64,000 nucleotides of DNA, taken from assembly GCA_963781885.1 (NCBI GenBank), contig CAWAHW010000002.1, forward strand, positions 1,216,001 through 1,280,000, written 5' to 3'. Shown in pieces: positions 1 to 10,324 of this stretch; positions within the stretch are counted from its first letter, which is position 1, and each line of letters opens with the position of its first letter. The stretch is from an uncultured Spirochaetota bacterium (GTDB lineage Bacteria > Spirochaetota > Spirochaetia > SZUA-6 > Fen-1364). The notes below the pieces were generated by a model. The model was not told the origin of the DNA, ran no database searches, and worked only from the letters and a program-made list of their open reading frames with translations. The position numbers were made by a program, and so were the translations under genes.

Positions 1-92
1 TTCATTTGTTCCTCCTTTCGAGGAAGGCTTCGGCACCCGTGCCGCGAAGCTCGTAGCCGATCTGCGCACCATGAATCTTCGTTTGCGGCATT

Positions 93-794
93 TCAAATCC
101 CCAGGTATGAGCTGATCACGTGAGGGTTGTGCAGGAGGCCCTCCGCGGTGTCTTCCAGGACGACGCGCCCGTTTTCCAGCACGTATCCGCGGTCGATGGC
201 TTTCAAGCTTTCCCGCACGTTCTGCTCGGTGACGAGTATCGACATGGAGGTCTTGAGCTGTGCGAGCTTTTCGAATACCTCCGCAACGATGGAGGGCTGA
301 AGCCCGAGCGACGGCTCGTCCAGGATGAGGAGCTTCGGGTTGGCCATCAGGGCGCGGCCTATCGCCACCATGCGCTGCTGGCCGCCCGACATGGTCCCCG
401 CGAGCTGGCGATAGCGCTCCTTGAGAACCGGGAAAAGCCCCAGGACCGATTCCAGCCGCTCTTCCATTGCATTGCGTGCGTGCGGTATGTAGGCAGCGCC
501 CAGCTCCAGGTTGTCCGCTACGGACATCGCCGGAAAAAGCTCGCGCTCCTGCGGCACGAGGGCGATGCCGGCGCGCGCAATCTCATGCGTGCTGAGCGCC
601 AGGAGATTCCTTCCGTCCAGCTCCAGCCTGTCCGCGGTGGGGCGCACCATGCCCATGAGCGCGCTGATGAGCGTGGTTTTTCCCGCGCCATTGGGTCCGA
701 ACAAACCGACGGATTCCGCCCCGACGTCGAAGGAAACATTCCGCAAGACCGGGAGCTTGCCGTAGCCGCAGGAAAGATTCCTGATCGTGAGCAT
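93..794 (-). CDS. livF: Branched-chain amino acid-type ABC transporter ATP-binding protein (LivF-like)
   Basis: Walker A GPNGAGKT, signature MSGGQQ, LLILDEPSLGL; last of the Liv cassette. Confidence 0.9.
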   Translation of the reverse strand: MLTIRNLSCGYGKLPVLRNVSFDVGAESVGLFGPNGAGKTTLISALMGMVRPTADRLELDGRNLLALSTHEIARAGIALVPQERELFPAMSVADNLELGAAYIPHARNAMEERLESVLGLFPVLKERYRQLAGTMSGGQQRMVAIGRALMANPKLLILDEPSLGLQPSIVAEVFEKLAQLKTSMSILVTEQNVRESLKAIDRGYVLENGRVVLEDTAEGLLHNPHVISSYLGI

Positions 795-1516
795 CAGGCC
801 GCTCCGCCCAGGTACGCCGCAATGACGCGCGGGTTGCGGGAGACTTCCTCGTACGGGCCCGCCGCGATGATCTCGCCGTTTTCCAGCACGATCACGCGGT
901 GGGTGAGGTCACGAATGACGCTCATGACGTGCTCCACGACGCCGACGCCGATGTTGTGCTGCCGGCTCACGGTCTGCACGAGCCCGACCATCTCCCGGGT
1001 CTCATCGACGTTGAGACCGGCCATGACCTCGTCCAGGAAGAGAATTTCGGGATTGTTCGCCAGCGCGCGGGCGATCTCCATCTTCTTCGTCTCCAACATC
1101 GTGATCTCCGCGACGTCGCGGTCCAGTCGATCCAGGCCGAGCGCGCGGCAGAGCGCATCCGCCTCGGCGCGTGCCTGCCGAAGGCGCATGCCCCTGCTGA
1201 AGAGGAAACCGAGCATGACGTTTTCCCGCACGGTCAGGCTCTGAAGCGGGTGGATGAGCTGGAAGGTCCTTGCGATTCCCATGCGCGCCCGCTTGTGCGG
1301 GGCATCGCCGGTGATGTCGCGGCCTTTGAAGCTGATGCTGCCGCTGCTGGGAAGGTAAACGCCCGACACGAGGTTGATGAACGTCGTCTTGCCCGAGCCA
1401 TTCGGCCCGATGACGCCCAGTATTTCGCCCCGGTCGAGATTGAAGGTCACATTATTCACCGCGACAAGGCCGCCGAAACGTTTCGTGAGTCCGCGGGTCT
1501 CCAGCGTTGCCATCAT
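794..1516 (-). CDS. livG: Branched-chain amino acid-type ABC transporter ATP-binding protein (LivG-like)
   Basis: KRFGGLVAV, GPNGSGKTT, GIARTFQ, C-terminal PRVIAAYLG. Confidence 0.9.
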   Translation of the reverse strand: MMATLETRGLTKRFGGLVAVNNVTFNLDRGEILGVIGPNGSGKTTFINLVSGVYLPSSGSISFKGRDITGDAPHKRARMGIARTFQLIHPLQSLTVRENVMLGFLFSRGMRLRQARAEADALCRALGLDRLDRDVAEITMLETKKMEIARALANNPEILFLDEVMAGLNVDETREMVGLVQTVSRQHNIGVGVVEHVMSVIRDLTHRVIVLENGEIIAAGPYEEVSRNPRVIAAYLGGAA

Positions 1517-2478
1517 TTCCCTTCGGTGCCCGGGTCGGCACCTTTGTTCGCCGCGGGTGCCGCGGTGCGCCGACGGCCGCGAAGCAGCCCGTACAGGCCC
1601 TGCGGCATGAAGAGGATCACGAGGACGATGATGATGCCGTAGACGACCAGATGACCGTACGGGATGTGGAGCTTCAGGAATTCCGCGGCGACACCGAGCA
1701 GCAGCGCGCCGATCACGGGGCCAGGGGTGCCGTGTATGCCTCCCAGGAGCGCCATGGCGAGCGGGAGGAGCGTGTAGTTGGCATCGAAGACCGCGTCGGG
1801 CGATGCGAACCCATAGCCCTGGAGCTGGATGCCGCCCACAATGCCCTGGATGAACGAGCTCACGACGAATGCCACCAGCAGGTACTTGAAGATGCCGACG
1901 CCGCTCGCCGCCGCGCTTAGCTCGTTGTTGCGGATGGCGCTCAGCGCCAGCCGAACACGCGACTTCTCGAACAATGTGGATGCCCCGTAGGCCAGAACCA
2001 CCGCCGCGAGCACCAGCCAGTACAGAGACTTTGATTCCCCGTTGAAGATGAGCTGCGGCAGGACCAGGCCTTCGGGTCCGCCGGTGAAATTGGACCAGTT
2101 CTGGATGATGACGCGGAATATCTCGGCCAGGGCAAGCGTCGTGATGCTGAAGTACACGGCGCGCAGCCGCAGGATGACCAGCCCGAGCAGCAGCGCCACG
2201 ACTGCCGCGAAAACCCCGGCGAAAAGAATGGAAAGAATCGGTGACATGCCGCCGCGAAGCACGGAAAGGGCCGCCGCGTACGCCCCGAGCCCGAAGAAGC
2301 CCGCGATGCCGAACGAGATCTGCCCCGAGCGGAGGAGCATGTCCCAGCTTATCGCCAGGGCCATGTAGGTGAGCACGCTGCGGGCAACAGCAAGCGGGTA
2401 GGGGCCTGATACCAGCGGCAGCAGGGCGGCGGCGGCAAGCGCGAGCAGCGGGATAAGGAACGAAAGCGGTCGTCTCAT
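1513..2478 (-). CDS. livM: Branched-chain amino acid ABC permease (LivM-like)
   Basis: GQISFG, YFSITTLA, TGGPEG motifs; start moved to ATG 2478 (ATGA overlap with the upstream stop). Confidence 0.88.
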   Translation of the reverse strand: MRRPLSFLIPLLALAAAALLPLVSGPYPLAVARSVLTYMALAISWDMLLRSGQISFGIAGFFGLGAYAAALSVLRGGMSPILSILFAGVFAAVVALLLGLVILRLRAVYFSITTLALAEIFRVIIQNWSNFTGGPEGLVLPQLIFNGESKSLYWLVLAAVVLAYGASTLFEKSRVRLALSAIRNNELSAAASGVGIFKYLLVAFVVSSFIQGIVGGIQLQGYGFASPDAVFDANYTLLPLAMALLGGIHGTPGPVIGALLLGVAAEFLKLHIPYGHLVVYGIIIVLVILFMPQGLYGLLRGRRRTAAPAANKGADPGTEGK

Positions 2479-3401
2479 CTCTTTCGCTCCCGGTAGGAAC
2501 GCACGAGGATCGTGGCGATGATGATCGCGAAGAAGACGATATTCGACCAGCCCGCGTACCCGCGGATGCCGTTGATCACGGCCTCCGACAGACCCAGCGC
2601 GAGGCTGCAATACAGGACGCCCACGATATTGCCGACACCGGCCATGGCGACGAGACAGAACGATTTCATGGTGTAGGGCGCGCCGACGTCGGGGAAAATG
2701 GCCTGCTTCGTGAGAAACAGCGAGCCGACGATTCCCATCAGTCCCACTGCAATCGCAAAGATGATGCCGTACGTGCGATCCACGTCGATGCCGACGATGG
2801 CCGCCCCGCGCGGGTTCTGGCCCACGGCGAGCGCTGCCTTGCCCATGCGCGTGCGCTGGAGGAAAAGACGAAGGCCGACGGCGAGCAGGATGGCAACCCC
2901 GACAAAGACGAAATCGAAAACCCCGAAGCTCACGTCACCAATCGTGGCCGAGGCGGTGACGTAGGAGAGGGAGAGCTTGTAGGACTGGGACGTGAAAGCG
3001 AGGTTCACGATCTGGCTGAATGCGATGGCAAGACCGAAGGTGAGGATGAGCTGGTTGAGCTCGGGCGCCTTGAGGGCATGCTTGATCGTCGCCTTGTAGA
3101 TCAGCCAACCGACGAGCGCCATGACGAGGGCAACGGGCACCATCGCCGCAAAGGGATCGAGACCGAGCAACCGGTTGGCGACGAAATAGGCAAGATAGGC
3201 GGCCACCATCATGAGCTCGCCATGGGCGAGATTCACGATGTGGACGATGCCCAGCACGAGCGCCATGGGGATGGCCACGGCGGCGTAGAGGCCGGCCCTC
3301 TGCACGCCGTACACCAGCACCGTGGGTTTCCAGATGAGGATCGCCGCGACCGCTGCCACGACGACAGCCGTCCACAGGATCGTCGACCTTTTCACCGCCA
3401 T
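2475..3401 (-). CDS. livH: Branched-chain amino acid ABC permease (LivH-like)
   Basis: IVNLAHGELMM motif, multiple TM segments. Confidence 0.9.
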   Translation of the reverse strand: MAVKRSTILWTAVVVAAVAAILIWKPTVLVYGVQRAGLYAAVAIPMALVLGIVHIVNLAHGELMMVAAYLAYFVANRLLGLDPFAAMVPVALVMALVGWLIYKATIKHALKAPELNQLILTFGLAIAFSQIVNLAFTSQSYKLSLSYVTASATIGDVSFGVFDFVFVGVAILLAVGLRLFLQRTRMGKAALAVGQNPRGAAIVGIDVDRTYGIIFAIAVGLMGIVGSLFLTKQAIFPDVGAPYTMKSFCLVAMAGVGNIVGVLYCSLALGLSEAVINGIRGYAGWSNIVFFAIIIATILVRSYRERKR

Positions 3402-3441
3402 CCCGGGATGCCCCCCTGCCGCGTGCGCGCGGCGTCAACGG

Positions 3442-3470
3442 GCGGTCCGGCCGCGCCGCGGCCGGACCGC
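3442..3470. other. GC-rich perfect inverted repeat between substrate-binding and permease genes (possible mRNA-stabilising stem-loop)
   Basis: gcggtccggccgcg-c-cgcggccggaccgc. Confidence 0.5.
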
Positions 3471-3486
3471 GAATGCCGATCCTCTG

Positions 3487-4701
3487 CTACCAGGCAGGGA
3501 ACGGGAAGACGATTGGCTTCGACTGGACCTCGAAGGGCCAGATGACCTCCTGCCGGCCGTTCTGCCATTGGAGGATCTTCTGGTTGCGGATGCCCTGGTG
3601 CTTGATGATGTTGGAAGGGCTGAAGGTGATGGTCTCACCGAGCGGGGAGGCGTATTTTGTCGCCTCCAGCGCGGCGATCAGCTTCGCCTTGTCCGTGCCG
3701 CCGGCCCTCTTGATGCCGTCTGCCACGATGTAGACCGCGCTGTAGGAGAGCGCGGCGAAATAGCTCGTCGGTGCCGTGCCCACGGTCTTCACATAGGCAT
3801 CGTAGAACTTCTTGCTCGCCGGGCTGATGTCATTGATCGACTGCGCCCACATGCCGTAGAGCATGACGTTTTCCGCCAGGGGCGATTTGTTCATATCCGC
3901 AGGCCACGCCGGAGGCGCCCCGAGGTAGATGGGCGGGGAGAACTTCATCGCCTTCGACTGCTCCAGCAGGGGCAGGGCGTCCTGCGCATAGCCGGCCCAG
4001 AGGAAGAGATCGGGCTTGAATTCCTTTGCCGCTTCAAGTACCGCGGAATAATCGCTGCCGCCCAGCAGTGCACTCTTGAAAGAGGCGCCGTCGAACTGGT
4101 AGCGCGTGCCGAAGATGGCCTTTGACGCATCGAAGGATGACTTGCCGAATGCCCCTTCCTCATACGCGAGGAAGATGCGGTTGATCTTGATGGCCGGATA
4201 TTTCTTCTGGATGGCATCCCAGCCGTCCGCGTAGCTCTGCCCCTGGTTGTAGTCCCACGGGTGGAGGTGGAAATACCAGTCGGAGTCGGGGCTCGGTCCG
4301 AGCGCCTTCTCCACGGTCGTGCTCGCCGCGGCGCCCGTTGCAACGGTGACGATCTGGTACTTCTTCATGGTCGGCACCTGCGCGAGTGCGACGCCCGAGG
4401 CGATGCCGCCGATCAGCACGTCGACCTTGTCCACGGTGGCGAGCTTCTCGATCGCCGCCACGCCCACGTCGCCCTTGCCTTCATCGTCGACGACGATGAG
4501 CTGGAGCTGCTTTCCCAGGACGCCGCCGGCCTTGTTGATCTCGTCAACGGCGAGCTGCGCCGCCTTGGAGCATTCCAGGCCGCTCACGTCGGCCAGGGGC
4601 CAGTTGGCGCCGATCTTGATGACGCCCTGCCCGAAGGACGTTGCCGCGCAAAGCGTCACCGCGAGGGCGACGAAGACGACGACCGCCAGTCTTTTTCTCA
4701 T
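3487..4701 (-). CDS. ABC transporter substrate-binding protein (LivK/LivJ family)
   Basis: Signal peptide, IKIG...AVDEINKAGGVLGK, periplasmic binding protein type 1 pattern. Confidence 0.9.
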   Translation of the reverse strand: MRKRLAVVVFVALAVTLCAATSFGQGVIKIGANWPLADVSGLECSKAAQLAVDEINKAGGVLGKQLQLIVVDDEGKGDVGVAAIEKLATVDKVDVLIGGIASGVALAQVPTMKKYQIVTVATGAAASTTVEKALGPSPDSDWYFHLHPWDYNQGQSYADGWDAIQKKYPAIKINRIFLAYEEGAFGKSSFDASKAIFGTRYQFDGASFKSALLGGSDYSAVLEAAKEFKPDLFLWAGYAQDALPLLEQSKAMKFSPPIYLGAPPAWPADMNKSPLAENVMLYGMWAQSINDISPASKKFYDAYVKTVGTAPTSYFAALSYSAVYIVADGIKRAGGTDKAKLIAALEATKYASPLGETITFSPSNIIKHQGIRNQKILQWQNGRQEVIWPFEVQSKPIVFPFPAW

Positions 4702-4804
4702 TGTCCTGCCTCCTTGGGGCGCGTTCCGCGCACCCCCGTATCACCCGTGCGGTGCGGTCATGCGACCCGCAGGCCGCGGCCGTCCGCCATTTGCACCCTG
4801 CGAC

Positions 4805-5542
4805 CTAGAGAACCAGGCCTCCGTCCACCCGGAGCACCTGGCCGGTGATGAAGACCGACTCGTCCGAGCACAGGAAAAGCACGGCGTTTGCGATGTCCGC
4901 GATCTCGGCAAGCCTTCCCAGCGGCGTGCGCGCGATGATGGGCTCCAGCACTTTCGCCGGCACGGATGCGATCATCGGTGTCCGGGTGTACCCGGGCGAA
5001 ACGGCATTCACGCGTATCTTCGCGCCCTTGCGCGCGAGCTCCCGGGCCCAGCCCTTTGTCATCGCGACGATGCCGCCCTTGCTCGCCGCGTAGTTCGTCT
5101 GTCCGATATTGCCGTCCAGGCCGACGATGGAGCTGATGCTCACGACAACCCCGGACCCGGCTTCCATCATGTGCGGGGCCACCGCGCGCGTCATGACAAA
5201 AACGCCTTTCAGGTTCACGCCGATCACCGAGTCCCATTCGTCATCCGTCATCTTTCCCAGCAACGCGTCGTGCGTGATGCCGGCATTGTTGACCAGCACG
5301 TCGATTGCCCCGGATTCCGCGACGATGCGCTCGACAACGGCATTCACCGCGGAGGAATCCGTGACGTTGACGACCACGCCGCGAGCCGCGGGACAGGCTT
5401 TCTCCAGGGACGCGAACTCCCTGTCGTTGATGTCCAGCGCCCAGATGCGGCGGGTCCCTTCACGGCCGAATGTCTCCACGATCCCCCTGCCGATGCCCTG
5501 CGCCCCGCCCGTCACGACGCACACCTTGTCTTTCAGTCGCAT
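4805..5542 (-). CDS. fabG: 3-oxoacyl-ACP/CoA reductase (SDR)
   Basis: TGGAQGIG, NNAGI, GNIGQTNYAASK (YxxxK). Confidence 0.88.
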   Translation of the reverse strand: MRLKDKVCVVTGGAQGIGRGIVETFGREGTRRIWALDINDREFASLEKACPAARGVVVNVTDSSAVNAVVERIVAESGAIDVLVNNAGITHDALLGKMTDDEWDSVIGVNLKGVFVMTRAVAPHMMEAGSGVVVSISSIVGLDGNIGQTNYAASKGGIVAMTKGWARELARKGAKIRVNAVSPGYTRTPMIASVPAKVLEPIIARTPLGRLAEIADIANAVLFLCSDESVFITGQVLRVDGGLVL

Positions 5543-5551
5543 GACAACTCC

Positions 5552-6589
5552 TTACCCGTCGCACTTCCCCCAGCGGATCACGGTGGCGGCCCAGACGAAC
5601 CCCAGGCCGGCACCCACGAAAACGATCGTCGCGCCATCCCGCACCTTGCCCGCCGCGAGGCCCAGTTCCAGGGAAAGAACCTGGTCGTTCTGGCCGAGAT
5701 GGCCATAGCCGTCGAGATAGGTCGTGCGCTCGGGAGAGAGGCCGAGCTCCGCAAGCACGGCGTCGTGCGCGCTGCGCTTGAAGTGGAGCAGCGCGAGATA
5801 GTCGATGGCGCGGTCGGGCTTTCCCGTCATCGGGTCATCGGGCATCCCCGAGGCGCGCAACGCCTGGCGAATCACCGCGAAGAAATTGGGCAGGGTCGCA
5901 TCGTTGAGCTTTTTCTTGAATGCCTCTTCGTCGGGAACGATGAAGTGCGCGCGCGCGGTATCTTCCGGTCGGGGAGGCCAGGCGCGTGCGCCCAGGGTGG
6001 GAACGACGCACATCTCCGAAAAGGAGCCGTCGCCGCGGAATGCGGAAGAGAGCACGGCATTACGGCCGGCATTCTTTCGGAGCACCATGGCCGAGGCTCC
6101 CGATCCGATGTCGAGCATGAAGCGCGTCGACGGCTCGGCAAGGTCGATCAGGTCATTGTTGCGGTAGCCGGAGACCAGCAGAACGGTGGTGAGATCGCCG
6201 CGCGCGATGATGAGGGATTTTGCCACGTCGAGCGCCGCCATCATCGAGCCGCACATGGCCTCCATGTCGAAGCTCCAGGCATTTTTCGCGCCGATCTTGT
6301 CGGCGACGGAGAGCCCGGCCAGCCAGCAAGGGTAGTCCTTGTGCTGCGCGCCGCACCATATCACCAGGTCCACCTCCGCGCCCGTCACGCCCGCGTTTTC
6401 CAGCGCACGGCGCGCCGCTTCCAGGCCCATTGACGCCGTGCTCTCCTCGGGGCCCGCCACCGGTTTGCTGCGAACGCCGTATTTAAGCGCCACCACCTGC
6501 TCGGGAATGCCGGTTGCTTTGGCGATATCCGCCGCGCTGAGCGAGTTTGACGGGATCCATGTTCCGATGCCTATTACCCCGACATGCAT
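5552..6589 (-). CDS. FabH/KAS III-like condensing enzyme (non-canonical)
   Basis: Thiolase-fold pattern, EAMCGS catalytic Cys, LHFK, YGHLGQ, GAGLGFVW. Confidence 0.82.
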   Translation of the reverse strand: MHVGVIGIGTWIPSNSLSAADIAKATGIPEQVVALKYGVRSKPVAGPEESTASMGLEAARRALENAGVTGAEVDLVIWCGAQHKDYPCWLAGLSVADKIGAKNAWSFDMEAMCGSMMAALDVAKSLIIARGDLTTVLLVSGYRNNDLIDLAEPSTRFMLDIGSGASAMVLRKNAGRNAVLSSAFRGDGSFSEMCVVPTLGARAWPPRPEDTARAHFIVPDEEAFKKKLNDATLPNFFAVIRQALRASGMPDDPMTGKPDRAIDYLALLHFKRSAHDAVLAELGLSPERTTYLDGYGHLGQNDQVLSLELGLAAGKVRDGATIVFVGAGLGFVWAATVIRWGKCDG

Positions 6590-6608
6590 GCTCAAAGCTC
6601 CATTAAAG

Positions 6609-6751
6609 GTGAATCAGCTCTCACTCTTTATACCAGATGAAATTGAATTGTCAAGAAAAATATTGCCTGAATGCCGATATATTTTAACAAATTGCTTGCG
6701 CTTAATGACTACTGGGCCTATAATGCCACTGTTTAGTGAATCATGTCTCAT
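6609..6751. promoter_or_regulatory. AT-rich divergent promoter region with two candidate TetR operators
   Basis: GTGAATCAnnTCTCA at 6609-6623 and 6736-6750, between divergent genes. Confidence 0.45.
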
Positions 6752-6772
6752 GAAGTGGAGCATATTCGACTG

Positions 6773-7903
6773 ATGACGGAAACCGAGGAACGTCTGGAAG
6801 AGGCAGCAGTCGCGCTATTCGCGAAGAAATGGTACGGGACCGTTTCAGTTGCGGAAATCTGCCGGGCCGCGGGACTTTCCAACGGTGTCTTTTACAGGTA
6901 CTACAAAAAAAAAGAGACGCTTTTCCGCGGCATTTTGTCGAAGGTCCTTGAAATGATACGGGTTGCCATTGAGGTTCCGCAGAATGGGGGACCGTGCGAA
7001 CAGCTTCGCGCCTTTGTGAACGCCATCATCGATTTTTCGTGGGATCATGCCGATCTCGTCTCGGTATTCCGCGAGGGGCAATACAGGTTTTTCGAATACG
7101 AGCGCCGCCTGGTGGCGATCTACCTCCGCGGGCTCAGCACGGCGCTCGCCCGCGAAGTGCGCCTTCCTGAATATCTCTTCGCCCTGGGTGGAGTCAGATT
7201 CTGCGCCGTGCGCCGCGCTCTCCAAGGCGTGCGGATAGAAGTCGACGACGTGCATGGAATACTCCGCGCGGGCCTTTTTCGCGGCATGTCATTCGATGCC
7301 GGACGGGTGTTCGGCGGCTCCGCCACCCCCCTGCCGGTCGCCCTGGAGGAAGGGGCGCGCGACAGGCTCCTGCGGTCGGGGAAGAGGCTTTTTGGGGAAA
7401 AGGGCTTTTTCGAGACCAATATTCATGAGATCACTGACGGTGCCGGCCTCTCCGTGGGCGCATTCTATACGTATTTTGAATCAAAAGAGGCATTCTACGC
7501 ACAGCTCATCCGACAGGTCGGCCACGAGGTGCGCTCTTTTATCGCGCGCAATTTGGCTGCGAGCGCGCCTTCCCTCAACCGTCTCGAGCGCGAGCTGCGG
7601 GGCCTCTGGCTCTGGCTGGTATACCTGTCGATAGACAGGAACTGCTACGCCATCGTGCGCGAGGCAGAGTTCGTCCTGCCCGCGGCGGTGAAGGACTACT
7701 ACGGCGCTTTCGTGGAGGGTTACAGGAAGAACCCCGAGGGCAATGGCGATGTCGACCAGGGAACGGCAATCGAATTTCTCCTCGGCATCGCGCATTACTT
7801 CGGCATCGAGATGGCATTCGACGAATCGCCGGCGAATGCGCGGGCGGCCATCGAGGCGATCGGCGGATATTTGTCGCGCGGATTGGTCGGTGAGGGAGGG
7901 TGA
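6773..7903 (+). CDS. Tandem double TetR/AcrR-family regulator
   Basis: Two TetR HTH motifs (SVAEICRAAGLSNGVFYRYY; NIHEITDGAGLSVGAFYTYF). Confidence 0.88.
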   Translation: MTETEERLEEAAVALFAKKWYGTVSVAEICRAAGLSNGVFYRYYKKKETLFRGILSKVLEMIRVAIEVPQNGGPCEQLRAFVNAIIDFSWDHADLVSVFREGQYRFFEYERRLVAIYLRGLSTALAREVRLPEYLFALGGVRFCAVRRALQGVRIEVDDVHGILRAGLFRGMSFDAGRVFGGSATPLPVALEEGARDRLLRSGKRLFGEKGFFETNIHEITDGAGLSVGAFYTYFESKEAFYAQLIRQVGHEVRSFIARNLAASAPSLNRLERELRGLWLWLVYLSIDRNCYAIVREAEFVLPAAVKDYYGAFVEGYRKNPEGNGDVDQGTAIEFLLGIAHYFGIEMAFDESPANARAAIEAIGGYLSRGLVGEGG

Positions 7904-8912
7904 ATGGCAACGGTGAGAGTACTTTCCACGGGATTGTACGCGCCCGGGCAGCCAATCGACAACGAAGAGCTGAAGACGCTTGCGGGCATCGATTTCGACG
8001 CGGCGCGGCTGGAATCGAAGATCGGCATCCGTACCCGGCATATTGCGCGCCTGCGCGGCATCCGGGAGACGACGGCAGATTTCGCGGAGAAGGCGGCGCG
8101 CGCGGCCCTGGCCCGGGCCGGCGTGGATGCGCAGGAGGTCGGTCTCTTCGTGGTGGCAACCGACACCCCCGAATACATCTCGCCGGCAACCGCCATCCTC
8201 CTCCAGGGCAGGCTCCAGGGCGGCGAGCGGGACGCCGGTGCATTCGACGTCGGCGCCTCCTGCGCGAGCTTTGTCACCGCGCTCGACGTCGTGGCGCGCA
8301 TGATGGCCACCGACGCGACTCTCCGCTACGCGCTGGTGGTCGGCGTCTACAACATGCCCGCCTACCTGCGGCCGGGCGACGTCTTTGGGTGGACCATGTT
8401 TGCCGACGGGGCAGGGGCCGTACTCCTGGAGCGCGCGGAGGAATCCGAGCGCGGCTACCACGAGGGCGTCCTGCGGGCCGACGGCACGCAATGGAATTTC
8501 GTGGGAGTCTATGCCGGGGGAACGAAGCTGCCCGTGACCCGGGAAAAGCTGGAAGAGGGAACCTGGGGTCTGGAATTGCTGCAAAAGCTCCCCGGGGACC
8601 GCAACGTGAAGCTATGGCCGCCGCTCGTGCATCGTCTGCTGGAAAAGGCGGGTCGCAGGCATCGCATCCATCGACCATTTCCTCTTCACGCAGATAAACC
8701 GGTCCGTCATCGCCGAGGTGATGGCGGCACTCGGCCAGCCGATGGAAAAGACGACGTGCATCATGGACCGCTATGGATACACCGGCTCCGCCTGCATCCC
8801 CATGGCCCTGGCGACAGCCGTGGAGGCCGGCACAGTGAAGAAGGGCGACGCGCTGATCTTCGTGGCCTCCGGCGCAGGGCTCGCCGTGGGGGCCAATCTC
8901 GTCGTGCTCTAA
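7904..8912 (+). CDS. FabH/KAS III-like enzyme with apparent +1 frameshift near 8660
   Basis: GASCASF, FADGAGA; continues in the next frame as IDHFLFTQINRS...YGYTGSACIPMAL...ASGAG. Confidence 0.8.
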
Positions 8913-8957
8913 GCCCCGATGCGTTCGCGCGATGCCGTATTCTGAAAGGAGCCTTGC

Positions 8958-10265
8958 ATGGAATGGCGGGACCAGTACAAGAGCAAGCTGACCGACATCG
9001 ACAGCGCCGTTGCGCGCATTGAGAGCGGCAATGACGTCATCGTGGCCCAGTGCGCCTCCGAACCGCAGGGCTGCATGTCGCGCTTTCACATCATTGCCGA
9101 CCAGGTGCGCGACGTGCGTGTCTTTTCCGTCCTCACGCTGAAGCCCTACGACTTCTACATGAAGCCGGAGATGAAGGGGCGCTTCGAGCTCGCTTCCTGG
9201 TTCCATGCGCCCGGATCGCGTGAGGCGCTGAAGGCGGGAACGGGAACCGTGACGTACGTCCCCAATATGCTTCACCGCGCCGCCACGGACCGCATCCAGG
9301 CGCGTCGCCCCGACATCTTCTTCGGCACGTGCACGCCGCCCGACCGGCACGGCTTCGTCTCCCTGTCGCTGGGCATCACCTATGAGAAGGATATCCTCGA
9401 GGCGGCAAAGACGGTCATCCTGGAGGTGAACCCGCGCCTTCCGCGCACGCTCGGGGACACGCACGTGCACGTCTCCGAGGTCGACCTTTTTGCCATGAAC
9501 GACCAGGAAGTCCCCACGCTCCCGTCGCCGTCTCCCTCCCCGACGGACCTCGCCATCGGCGGCCATATCGGCGAGCTGGTGGAGGACGGCGCGACGATCC
9601 AGCTCGGCATCGGCGGCATCCCCAACGCCGCGGCGCTTGCCCTCCGCGACAAGCATGACCTCGGCGTGCACACCGAGATGATGGTGGACTCGGTCATGGA
9701 GCTCTACGAGATGGGCGTCGTGACGAATGCCTGCAAGGGCTTCATGAAGGGCAAGATCATCTGCACGTTCGCAATGGGATCGCGCAAGCTCTACGACTGG
9801 CTGGACGACAACGTGGAGGTGCAGTTCGAGCGCGGCAAGTGGGTGAACGATCCCGCAGTCATCCGGCAGAACACCCGCATGGTGTCGATCAATACCTGCA
9901 TGATGGTGGACTTCACGGGGCAAGTGGCAAGCGAGGCAATCGGCACGGCGCAGTACTCCGGCACGGGAGGACAGGCGGACACGGCGGTGGGCGCCGTGGA
10001 AGGCTTCGACGGGCGGGGGAAGTCGGTGATCGCCTGCTACAGCACCGCCAAGGGCGGCAAGATATCGACGATCGTCCCCGTGCTCCCGGAAGGCACGGCT
10101 GTCTCCCTCCATCGCTCGAACGTGGACAATGTCGTCACCGAATACGGCATCGCGCGACTCCGCGGCAGAACGGTGCGCGAGCGGACGCGCGAGCTGATCG
10201 CGGTGGCGCACCCCGACTTCCGCGCCGAGCTGACCGCAGCCGCGAAAAGGCTGGGATACCTGTAG
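8958..10265 (+). CDS. Acetyl-CoA hydrolase/transferase (4-hydroxybutyrate CoA-transferase-like)
   Basis: QLGIGGIPNA, LGVHTEM, YSGTGGQAD, VVTEYGIA. Confidence 0.92.
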   Translation: MEWRDQYKSKLTDIDSAVARIESGNDVIVAQCASEPQGCMSRFHIIADQVRDVRVFSVLTLKPYDFYMKPEMKGRFELASWFHAPGSREALKAGTGTVTYVPNMLHRAATDRIQARRPDIFFGTCTPPDRHGFVSLSLGITYEKDILEAAKTVILEVNPRLPRTLGDTHVHVSEVDLFAMNDQEVPTLPSPSPSPTDLAIGGHIGELVEDGATIQLGIGGIPNAAALALRDKHDLGVHTEMMVDSVMELYEMGVVTNACKGFMKGKIICTFAMGSRKLYDWLDDNVEVQFERGKWVNDPAVIRQNTRMVSINTCMMVDFTGQVASEAIGTAQYSGTGGQADTAVGAVEGFDGRGKSVIACYSTAKGGKISTIVPVLPEGTAVSLHRSNVDNVVTEYGIARLRGRTVRERTRELIAVAHPDFRAELTAAAKRLGYL

Positions 10266-10324
10266 CGCGCCCGGAGATACGGCGCGATTGACTTTCGGCG
10301 CGCCAGGGACTATAGGTGGGGAGC

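Noticed and set aside
1-16. Start of a minus-strand gene (ATG at 5, AGGAGG RBS)
   Set aside because: Only the first codon lies in the window; product cannot be called
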